This document shows positions 20,107 to 27,948 of a stretch of DNA of 32,862 nt, one piece after another. Positions within the stretch are counted from its first letter, which is position 1; each line of letters starts with the position of its first letter. Location: positions 1 to 32,862 of the forward strand of contig JBBSQY010000038.1 in the NCBI GenBank assembly GCA_038243585.1, given 5' to 3'. The position numbers and the translations under genes were made by a program. Source of the DNA: Candidatus Sumerlaeales bacterium. GTDB lineage: Bacteria; Sumerlaeota; Sumerlaeia; Sumerlaeales; Sumerlaeaceae. The notes under the pieces are model-generated. The model ran no database searches and had not been told where the DNA came from. It worked only from the letters and a program-made list of their open reading frames with translations.

Positions 20107-21342
20107 TTAGACATTCGCTGTTTCTCTTTGGACAAGGGTTTTCAAGGTGGCAATGACCTCATCGAGGGGAATACCCGTTGTATCGAACGCCGTTGCGTCC
20201 AACGCGAGCTTTAATGCGCCCTGAGAGCGGCTTCGATCCTGTTTATCGCGGTCGAGAATATCCAGTCGCAATTGAGCACGATCCACCGGTTTCCCCTGCT
20301 GTTCATACTGCAAAAACCTTCGCTGAACGCGCTCGTCCAGAGACGCCACGAGGTATATTTTCCATACGGCCTCCGGCACGACCACGGTTCCAATATCTCG
20401 CCCCTCCAGGACCGCGCGTCCTTTTAAACCGAGTTCTCGCTGAAGCTTTGACAGCTCGGCCCGCACGCCGGGCACGTTGGCGACGAGCGCGGTTTTGCGT
20501 GAGACTTCCGGACTGCGGATGGCGTCGGTCACATCCTGTCCCTCAAGATATACCCGCTGGCCGAACGAGGTGGCGTCTGCGGCATCTCCACTGCTGGTAT
20601 TCTCTCCAAAACGGATATCCATGCGATGAGCGAGAGTGGTAAGGGCGCCGGCGTCGGCCAGGTCGATTTCTCGCTGAATTGCTTCATAGGCTACACATCG
20701 GTACATTGCACCGGTATCGATATGAGTGTAGCCCAGTTCGGCTGCCAGATGGCTGGCCAGGGCGCTTTTACCACTGCCGACCGGGCCGTCGATGGCGACA
20801 ATACTCGCATAAACCTGGCTGTCTGTCTGATCGCGATGGCCTAGTTCCTGGCTAACGCGATCGGCAATTTCCGCTGGAGTAAGTTCTGTGGTGTCCAAGT
20901 GAATGTGAGACGCGTCGGCATAGAATCCTCTTCGGTCGCTGAGGAGCCGTTCCATGCGTTTCAGGGGATTTTGTCCATGAAGCATAGGCCGGCTTTCGTC
21001 GTCGCCGATGCGCTTTAAGAGTTCATCCGGGGGCGCATCCAGCCAGACTACAATGCCCATGCTTTGAAGGAGGCGCCGATTACCGGGTTTTATGACTACG
21101 CCGCCGCCTGTCGCGATTACCGCGTGGGTGGACCCGGCTACGTCCTGCAGCGTTTCGGTTTCGAGATCACGAAACGCTTCTTCGCCCTGCTCTGAAAAAA
21201 TTTCTACGATTCGTTTGCTCAGACGGCTTTCTATAAGGGCGTCCATATCGATAAATTCCCGTCCAGTACGCTCAGCGACCAGACGGCCGACGGTTGTCTT
21301 GCCGCTGCCCATCATTCCTATAAGGATGACATTGGTAGGCAT
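20107..21342 (-). CDS. aroK-cmk: Fused shikimate kinase (aa 1-~168) and cytidylate kinase (aa ~180-411)
   Basis: N-terminal half: GMMGSGKTT, FRDLE, IATGGG, RPML. C-terminal half: IAIDGPVGSGKS-type P-loop, DTGAMYR, EGRDIGTVV. One continuous ORF. Confidence 0.92.
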   Translation of the reverse strand: MPTNVILIGMMGSGKTTVGRLVAERTGREFIDMDALIESRLSKRIVEIFSEQGEEAFRDLETETLQDVAGSTHAVIATGGGVVIKPGNRRLLQSMGIVVWLDAPPDELLKRIGDDESRPMLHGQNPLKRMERLLSDRRGFYADASHIHLDTTELTPAEIADRVSQELGHRDQTDSQVYASIVAIDGPVGSGKSALASHLAAELGYTHIDTGAMYRCVAYEAIQREIDLADAGALTTLAHRMDIRFGENTSSGDAADATSFGQRVYLEGQDVTDAIRSPEVSRKTALVANVPGVRAELSKLQRELGLKGRAVLEGRDIGTVVVPEAVWKIYLVASLDERVQRRFLQYEQQGKPVDRAQLRLDILDRDKQDRSRSQGALKLALDATAFDTTGIPLDEVIATLKTLVQRETANV

Positions 21343-22655
21343 CAGTAATCCTTCATGTATTGAACATACGAGTTGTAATTTCGAAGAAGTTCCGTCATGC
21401 TATCGCCACCGAACTTTTCCATGAACGCCTGGGCCAGGATAAAGCAGAAGATGGCCTCGCCAACTACGCCCGCCGCAGGAACCGCACAGACATCGCTGCG
21501 TTCACGCACAGCGTCAAAGGTGTCTTTAGAATGGAGGTCTACACTTTGAAGGGGCTTCATCAGGGTCGCAATTGGCTTCATTGCTGCCCTCATAATGATA
21601 GGTTCGCCGTTGGACATGCCGCCTTCTATGCCGCCGGCTTTGTTTGAGAGGTGATAGAATCCACCGGATGGACCACGGCCAGGAGCAGGTTCTCCTGGCA
21701 TACTTACCCGCTTCTCCAAAGGCTTTGAGCCTGGATTGTGACCTGGTGATCCGGGTTCATCGTCGCTTTGGCTGATTGCATCGGCGTGAGCCTGACGGGC
21801 GGCCTCGCTTGCCAGGTTCCAGTCGAATCCAATAGGATCGTGGACGCGGCTCCCCGGGGTGTCGGCTACGTCAAATCCCATTCCGACGCCAACGCCTTTA
21901 ATAGCCTGACAGCTTAGCAGTCCCTGGGCAAGGCGTCCGTCCAGTTTTTCATCCCAGTTCATTGTGCTGCCAAGACCCATGGGTACGCCGAGAGCCACTA
22001 CTTCGTAAATTCCGCCGACGGTATCGCCTTCTTTTTTGGCTTTGTCAATTAAGGCTTTCATTTCCGCTTCGACTTCCGGGCGAGCTACCCGCAACTCGCT
22101 TTGCTCGACAGTGTCAATGATCTCCTGGTGCGTCATGCCGGTAGGGTTGACTTTAACCCCACCTAGATTAACAACATGACTATAGACTGTAACGCCAAGT
22201 TCGGCCAGCAACCGGCGACAGACTGCACCAACTGCCACCCTGGCGGCGGTTTCGCGCGCGCTGGAGCGTTCAAGGATATTGCGGGCATCAGAGTGGTTAA
22301 ATTTTACAGCGCCTATAAGGTCGGCGTGGCCGGGCCGCGGGCGGGTGACCAGCTTTTGGGGGGGCATCTCGCCTGGCTCCGGGGCCATTAATGGTTCCCA
22401 GTTTTTATAATCGCGGTTCTCAACCACCAGGCTAACCGGCGACCCTAGTGATACGCCTTTTCGGACGCCACCCTTAACCAAGGCGGTATCTTTCTCTATG
22501 TTCATGCGGGGTCCGCGACCATACCCCTTTTGGCGGCGATAGAGATCGTTATTGATGTCATCTGGAGCTATATGGAGCCCGGCGGGAATGCCGCGAATAA
22601 TTGCCGTCAATTGCGGACCATGTGATTCACCTGCGGTAATGTAATTCAGTCGCAA
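21342..22655 (-). CDS. aroC: Chorismate synthase
   Basis: TAGESHG, PRPGHAD, ERSSARETA, GGIEGGMSNG, MKPIATL and RSDVCAVP; TTG start with GGAGG SD. Confidence 0.96.
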   Translation of the reverse strand: MRLNYITAGESHGPQLTAIIRGIPAGLHIAPDDINNDLYRRQKGYGRGPRMNIEKDTALVKGGVRKGVSLGSPVSLVVENRDYKNWEPLMAPEPGEMPPQKLVTRPRPGHADLIGAVKFNHSDARNILERSSARETAARVAVGAVCRRLLAELGVTVYSHVVNLGGVKVNPTGMTHQEIIDTVEQSELRVARPEVEAEMKALIDKAKKEGDTVGGIYEVVALGVPMGLGSTMNWDEKLDGRLAQGLLSCQAIKGVGVGMGFDVADTPGSRVHDPIGFDWNLASEAARQAHADAISQSDDEPGSPGHNPGSKPLEKRVSMPGEPAPGRGPSGGFYHLSNKAGGIEGGMSNGEPIIMRAAMKPIATLMKPLQSVDLHSKDTFDAVRERSDVCAVPAAGVVGEAIFCFILAQAFMEKFGGDSMTELLRNYNSYVQYMKDY

Positions 22656-23264
22656 ACGGCGCCTCCATTAAAAGTCATTCCAGTTGTTGCCATAACTTGT
22701 GTTACAAGTGCAAACTGGTTGAGAAATCTTATGGTTTTCATTCAACGTATTTGACGGGAAATTCTTTTGTGACTAAGCAATCACCACAATACGACCTATT
22801 GAGGGATTTATCCGCTACACTTCGCTAACCTGAAATTTATGGCGTTTTCAGCAATCACATAGTTTAGTTTTTGCGAACTGCCAACTACTTCTGCCTTCTT
22901 TAAAGTGAAAGAAAAGTGAGATCCGATTAACAATAGGGTAAACGGATAAATTATATCACCCACGACTAATGCATAAGCCCTGTATCTGACACAAATTTGC
23001 GTTTTTCCATAACGATTCGGCTGCCGTAAAAAGGCAAACACAGAGATTTGATGTGAGATTGGATTTATCCGCGAGGTGCGCACAATCACGGCGTTCATGT
23101 GACAAGTTAGGCCTTGAAAGAACTGCATGCACAACACGGTTTGTTAATGTCGTGAACTATAGGTATTTCCCTATCAGGCGCATGAATTTTTTGTCTTTGT
23201 TTCAACATGGCTATATTAACTCAGGGATGATTGCACATATTTGGCGGATAAGCCGCCACTGCTT

Positions 23265-23280
23265 CGGCATAGTACTTGCA
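23265..23280 (+). promoter_or_regulatory. Candidate sigma54 -24/-12 promoter for the DUF4912 gene
   Basis: CGGCATAGTACTTGCA = GG-N10-GC, close to consensus TGGCAC-N5-TTGC; about 40 nt before ATG 23321. Confidence 0.6.
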
Positions 23281-23320
23281 CGAGAGCCTTGTGCATAAAA
23301 CGGGAAAAATAAGACCATCA

Positions 23321-24670
23321 ATGGCTATTAAAAAAAATTTAGGTGCTGAATCGGATCAGCCGCAGGGTAACGTGGACCCGACTAGTCAAAATACCAATGC
23401 CGAAGCGGTGAAACCCGTTGTGCGTAAAAAAAGATCTACCGTCCAGAAGATGGCAGATGCTGTTACGGGAACAGTGAAAGAATTGGCGGACAAAGTTATT
23501 GGCAAATCTGCGGGTGCGACAATTCGTAAGTCAGCGACCGCTAAGAAACTGAATAGTTCGTCAACGAAGCCAGCCGATACACCACGCCCCCCTACGGCCA
23601 GCAAAAACAATCTGAAGGTCAATGATCCAAAGGTCAATGAGACATCTTCAGCATCCCGTTCAAAGAACGCTATAAAGAGAACGGAAGTTGGAGCATTGAC
23701 AGCAGATGTTACGTCTGAGGACGTTCGTGAGTCTCTAAATGATCTAACAAATTCCGAAGACCTCATCGCAAAAAGCGAATCTGGTGCCCGCACCGAGAAG
23801 CAGATTCCAACTGAAAAAGTTAGTAATCCCGGCCCTCCTCCACCACAGCCTTCTCGAGATGTGCCTGATGAGTATGGGGATACACGGATCGTATTGCTGG
23901 TACGTGATCCTGAATGGGTATTTGCGTATTGGGAAATTAACGATGAAACACGTAATGCGATGTCTATTCCCCGAAACGGATCCTCGCAGAAGTTTGTACT
24001 CCGACTTTATAAGGTCACAGGTAGAGACTGGCCTAGTGAAGCGGCTCATTATTTTTTCGATGTTGATGTTTCCGCCGATGCGAAAAGCTGGTATGTCCAT
24101 TTGCCAGAGGCAAACGAGGCCTGGTGTGCGGAACTGGGAATGATCGATGGTAGCGACAACTACACCCATGTGTGTCGTTCAAATCCAGTCAACACACCGC
24201 CGAACTCCATTAGCGAGGAGTTAGACAGCGAATGGATGACTGTGGAAGAGTCGTTTGAAAAGATTACGCGCCTTTCAGGAGGCGGCACAGGTGCGCATCT
24301 GGAGAAGTTCCTCCGCGGCGACACCGAGAATTCAAGCGAAACAATTCTTCGTCACGTCCACCGGCAGCTGACGGGCGGTTTTCCGGGAGAAAGGGTCTCA
24401 CTCAGCAGCGGGATTTTCTCCAGCGAATCGGCCATGCGTCATAAGGATTTCTGGTTGCAGGTGCATACTGAACTGATTTTGTATGGTGCCACGGAACCGG
24501 ACGCGAAGGTTACGGTGCAGGGCAGACCGGTCGACTTGAGTGATGACGGAACCTTTTCTATCCGTTATGCGTTGCCGGACGGCGAGCAGGTGTTGGATGT
24601 GCGCGCTAGGAACGCTGACGATGACATGGAAGAGACCAGGACTCCCGTGGTGGTGCGTAGCACCCGATAG
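23321..24670 (+). CDS. DUF4912-domain protein with disordered N-terminus (ATG 23321 preferred to TTG 23276)
   Basis: YGDTRIVLLVRDPEWVFAYWE, RSN.V.TP, FWLQVHTELILYGATEPDA and DGTF motifs. Confidence 0.85.
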   Translation: MAIKKNLGAESDQPQGNVDPTSQNTNAEAVKPVVRKKRSTVQKMADAVTGTVKELADKVIGKSAGATIRKSATAKKLNSSSTKPADTPRPPTASKNNLKVNDPKVNETSSASRSKNAIKRTEVGALTADVTSEDVRESLNDLTNSEDLIAKSESGARTEKQIPTEKVSNPGPPPPQPSRDVPDEYGDTRIVLLVRDPEWVFAYWEINDETRNAMSIPRNGSSQKFVLRLYKVTGRDWPSEAAHYFFDVDVSADAKSWYVHLPEANEAWCAELGMIDGSDNYTHVCRSNPVNTPPNSISEELDSEWMTVEESFEKITRLSGGGTGAHLEKFLRGDTENSSETILRHVHRQLTGGFPGERVSLSSGIFSSESAMRHKDFWLQVHTELILYGATEPDAKVTVQGRPVDLSDDGTFSIRYALPDGEQVLDVRARNADDDMEETRTPVVVRSTR

Positions 24671-24810
24671 AGAGTAGGTTGGTTCCCGCGTAGGCTTATC
24701 GCTTTTGCCCAGGGCGGCGATTTAGTGCCCGGCTACTCCGAGCTATTCGTGTGGCTTGGGGGTGTGCTTATTATATCTGGTTTCAAGTTTTTCGATGTGG
24801 AAGACGTTTG

Positions 24811-24843
24811 GGGATATACAGGCGGGACGCCTATGCTACTTCA
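24811..24843 (-). repeat. GTAG-type REP-like element, copy 4
   Basis: GGGATATACAGGCGGGACGCCTATGCTACTTCA, ending 17 nt before the recQ start. Confidence 0.85.
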
Positions 24844-24860
24844 TAATAAAGGTTCACTGA

Positions 24861-26744
24861 TTGGGTCCTGAAACTCCACAACCGACGTCACGCCAACAAA
24901 AGCTTCTCGCCGTTTTAAAGCAGTACTGGGGATATTCCGCATTTCGTCCTGATCAGGCGGAAGCGGTTGCCGCTATCGATGCCGGGCGTGATACCCTTGT
25001 GGTTCTGCCAACCGGTGGAGGAAAATCTCTTTGTTATCAGCTACCAGCAATTACCAGGGGACGGGCGCTGGTCATTTCGCCGCTGATTTCCCTGATGCAA
25101 GATCAGGTTGCAGCGTTGAGGCAATTAGGGGTGGAGGCGGAGTACCTAAACAGCACCGTCTCGCAGGATGATTTTAAGTTGATCATCAGCCGATGGCGCC
25201 AGAATCAGATTCGCCTTTTGTACGTAGCCCCGGAGCGTTTGCTGTCGGACTGGTTTTTTAATTTTATTGGCAGCAATCCGCCCTCGTTTTTCGCAATCGA
25301 CGAAGCGCATTGCATCAGCCACTGGGGACATGATTTTCGCCCGGAGTACCGTCGACTTAAAGTCCTGCGAGAACGTTTTCCGACAGTGCCCATCTGCACG
25401 CTGACGGCGACGGCGACGGAAACTGTCCGTGCTGATATTGTGCAGCAGGCCCTGCTGCGCGATCCTGTTATCATTGTTGGAGATTTTGACCGACCAAACC
25501 TGCATTATAGTGTGGAACAGCGGGTGGATCGTCAAACCCAGGTGGAAGACATCCTGCGCGCTCACGCTGGCAAGGGAGGAATTGTTTATTGTATCTCCCG
25601 CAAAGACACGGAATCGTTAGCGGAGTATCTGACAGGAAAGAAGTTTAAGGTGGCGGCCTATCACGCGGGGCTGGATGCGGCGCGGCGCAAGCGGGTGCAG
25701 GAAGATTTTACGGCGGAGCGGTTGGACGCGGTGGTCGCAACAGTGGCATTTGGGATGGGGATTGACCGGTCTAACGTGCGATTTGTCGTGCATGGGGCGA
25801 TGCCGGCGAGCATAGAACATTACCAGCAGGAGACAGGTCGGGCGGGGCGTGACGGACTTCCGGCGGAATGTGTTATGCTGTTTTCAAATGGCGATCCCGG
25901 CAAGTGGCGACGAATTTACGCTCAGGATGAGCTAAACGAAGCCATGAAAAAGAAGCGGCTTGAACGTCTTCGGGAGATGGATCAATTTGCGACGTTAAAC
26001 AATTGCCGCCATCAATTTTTGGTGGAGTATTTTGGTCAGTCCTGGCATCGCGGCAACTGTGGGAATTGTGATAATTGCAGCGGCACAAAAACTACGATTG
26101 CACACCCGGAAAGCACAATCATTGCCCAGAAAATTCTTTCGTGTGTCATACGTTTACAGGAACGATTTGGCATTGTTTACCTGATAAAAGTATTGCGCGG
26201 CGACTCGGATAATGTGCAGCCGCCGCATTGCTCCTTGTCCACTTATGGGCTTTTAAAGGAGTATACCGCCGCACAGTTGCGCCGATGGGTGGACGAGTGT
26301 CTGTCTCAACGTCTGCTTCTGAGGTCTGACGACGATTTTCCAGTGTTGAAAGTCAGCGACGAAGGCTGGAAAGTGCTTCGTGGAGCTGAGAGCGTTGAAC
26401 TATCGCCATTGCCAGCGTCTACTAAAGCAAATCGACCATCCAGACAGCAGCGAATCCGTGAACGAGGTTCGCGAACTGCACTAGAGCTCGACGAAAATCA
26501 GACGCTATTATTTGAAACATTGCGTGAACTCAGGCTGGAACTGGCCCGGGAGCGGAAAATTGCAGCATATATGGTTTTGCCTGATACGACTTTGGTTGCC
26601 ATCGCACGGGAACAACCGATAGATCTTGATGAGCTAGAGAAACTACCGGGAATTGGAGCGCATAAGCTGGCCGAATACGGAGAGGTTCTTATAGAAACCG
26701 TAAGCGACTGGAAGTTGGAAAACGAGCCTCAAGAACTGGATTAA
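24861..26744 (+). CDS. recQ: ATP-dependent DNA helicase RecQ (helicase, Zn/RQC and HRDC domains)
   Basis: PTGGGKSLCYQ, DEAHCISHWGHDFRPEY, QETGRAGRDG, CGNCDNC, HRDC (LRELRLELARERKIAAYMV...GIG.HKL..YG). Confidence 0.95.
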   Translation: MGPETPQPTSRQQKLLAVLKQYWGYSAFRPDQAEAVAAIDAGRDTLVVLPTGGGKSLCYQLPAITRGRALVISPLISLMQDQVAALRQLGVEAEYLNSTVSQDDFKLIISRWRQNQIRLLYVAPERLLSDWFFNFIGSNPPSFFAIDEAHCISHWGHDFRPEYRRLKVLRERFPTVPICTLTATATETVRADIVQQALLRDPVIIVGDFDRPNLHYSVEQRVDRQTQVEDILRAHAGKGGIVYCISRKDTESLAEYLTGKKFKVAAYHAGLDAARRKRVQEDFTAERLDAVVATVAFGMGIDRSNVRFVVHGAMPASIEHYQQETGRAGRDGLPAECVMLFSNGDPGKWRRIYAQDELNEAMKKKRLERLREMDQFATLNNCRHQFLVEYFGQSWHRGNCGNCDNCSGTKTTIAHPESTIIAQKILSCVIRLQERFGIVYLIKVLRGDSDNVQPPHCSLSTYGLLKEYTAAQLRRWVDECLSQRLLLRSDDDFPVLKVSDEGWKVLRGAESVELSPLPASTKANRPSRQQRIRERGSRTALELDENQTLLFETLRELRLELARERKIAAYMVLPDTTLVAIAREQPIDLDELEKLPGIGAHKLAEYGEVLIETVSDWKLENEPQELD

Positions 26745-27472
26745 TCGCCACTAGCTGCTGCGAAAGAGAGCGACTTAAGCCTTAGTGCAGTTTCTGTTCG
26801 GGTGTTAATGGGATTTGGCATCGGCTCTCCTTTCTCCGGTGGCTGGGGCGAAGGGACAAAATCTTTTTGCAGCACCGCAATTTTAAAAAATCCACCTACC
26901 CCAAGTTCTTCCTCGTAAGTTTTCGTCATACCCGACGCGGCTACTATCGGGGCTAGTTGACAGGTTATGTCGGTAATGACCAGGCGAGCCACTTGATTTG
27001 TCATCCGAAGAGCAATCGAGGGTGTGCTAAGATCTTTTGCGAACTTATTTAAAATCACCGCGCGTCCACCGGGACGAAGGACCCGAGCGGCTTCCTTTAT
27101 GGCCAGCGATCGATTAGGAATTACGGCAAGCACAAAATGGAGGACAACCACGTCAAAAGAGTTATCCGGAAAGTCAAGAGCCTGTCCATCCATAACCTGG
27201 GCATTTACCTTCATCCCAAGGTCGTCAGAGCGCTTCTTAAGGCGTTTGATCATGCCGGGAGTGATATCCACAGCACTTACCGAAGCATCCCGGGGGAGAT
27301 ATTTCAGGTCTAGCCCCGTTCCTGCACCCAAAAGGAGAACGTTTTCGGTGGGCTTGATCCGCGCCAGTTCCAGAGATTTCTTTCGTTTGGATTCGAGAGC
27401 CATCACAAGGACGTCATAAAATGGCGCCCATGCGGCGTATATGATGCGGTTCCAATCTGTTAAGCTAATCAT
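26741..27472 (-). CDS. Class I SAM-dependent methyltransferase (PmtA/UbiE-like)
   Basis: YAAWAPFYD, LLLGAGTG, FPDNSFDVV, RVLRPGG. Confidence 0.85.
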   Translation of the reverse strand: MISLTDWNRIIYAAWAPFYDVLVMALESKRKKSLELARIKPTENVLLLGAGTGLDLKYLPRDASVSAVDITPGMIKRLKKRSDDLGMKVNAQVMDGQALDFPDNSFDVVVLHFVLAVIPNRSLAIKEAARVLRPGGRAVILNKFAKDLSTPSIALRMTNQVARLVITDITCQLAPIVAASGMTKTYEEELGVGGFFKIAVLQKDFVPSPQPPEKGEPMPNPINTRTETALRLKSLSFAAASGD

Positions 27473-27541
27473 TCAATGCACTCCGATGGCAGACGTTGAG
27501 TACGTTGAAAACAAGAATTGTACCCGTATTAATGCTGCAGA

Positions 27542-27562
27542 ATTGGCATAGTGTTTGCCAAT
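27542..27562. promoter_or_regulatory. Palindromic site containing a sigma54-like -24/-12 promoter for csbD, possibly also on the opposite strand
   Basis: ATTGGCA-TAGTGTT-TGCCAAT; plus strand TGGCATAGTGTTTGC and minus strand TGGCAAACACTATGC are both GG-N10-GC. Confidence 0.6.
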
Positions 27563-27615
27563 GTGTTAGGGTAAGAAGTCGTGTTACAATAAATCAGAAA
27601 TTATAGGAGCTTATC

Positions 27616-27798
27616 ATGAACGAAGATCAGGTAACTGGCCGGGTTAAAGAAGTCGCTGGCAAAATTCAGAAAAACGTTGCAGACGCATTCGACAACGAAT
27701 CTGCGGAAGCAAAGGGCGCTAAAAAGGAAGCTGAAGGCAAAATTCAGAAAACCTATGGCGACGCAAAGAATGACGTAGCTGACGCAATCGACAAATAA
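27616..27798 (+). CDS. csbD: CsbD-family general stress protein
   Basis: MNEDQVTGRVKEVAGKIQ...EGKIQKTYGDAK; strong SD AGGAG. Confidence 0.9.
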   Translation: MNEDQVTGRVKEVAGKIQKNVADAFDNESAEAKGAKKEAEGKIQKTYGDAKNDVADAIDK

Positions 27799-27823
27799 GG
27801 CCTGACTATTAACAACGGCTCAT

Positions 27824-27856
27824 AAGCCGCAGCGGATTTATCCGTTGCGGCTTTTT
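27824..27856 (+). terminator. Intrinsic terminator after csbD
   Basis: AAGCCGCAGCGGA-TTTA-TCCGTTGCGGCTT followed by a T run; lies between convergent csbD and topIB. Confidence 0.8.
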
Positions 27857-27948
27857 CTATGTCGTTATTTATAAAGTAAACGGCAGTATTTACGCCTAGC
27901 CAAGTGTGCTAGAGTTCAGCATGGCCGAACATAATTGCATGCATAAGC

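Noticed and set aside
23029..23075. AAGGCAAAC resembling the start of a c-di-GMP-I riboswitch
   Set aside because: No GNRA-capped stem or GACGCAAA segment follows.
22808..23298. 109-aa (minus) and 81-aa (plus) ORFs in the aroC/DUF4912 spacer
   Set aside because: No SD or recognisable motifs, AT-rich non-coding-like composition, and overlap with candidate regulatory sites.
22656..23320. Replication origin call for the AT-rich spacer
   Set aside because: No consensus TTATCCACA box and no dnaA/dnaN/gidA/parAB neighbours; kept only as an alternative reading of the TTATCCG boxes.
24672..24738. Loose inverted repeat GAGTAG...CTACTC after the DUF4912 stop
   Set aside because: Interior pairing is weak, there is no U-tract and no second copy; it cannot be called a terminator or repeat.
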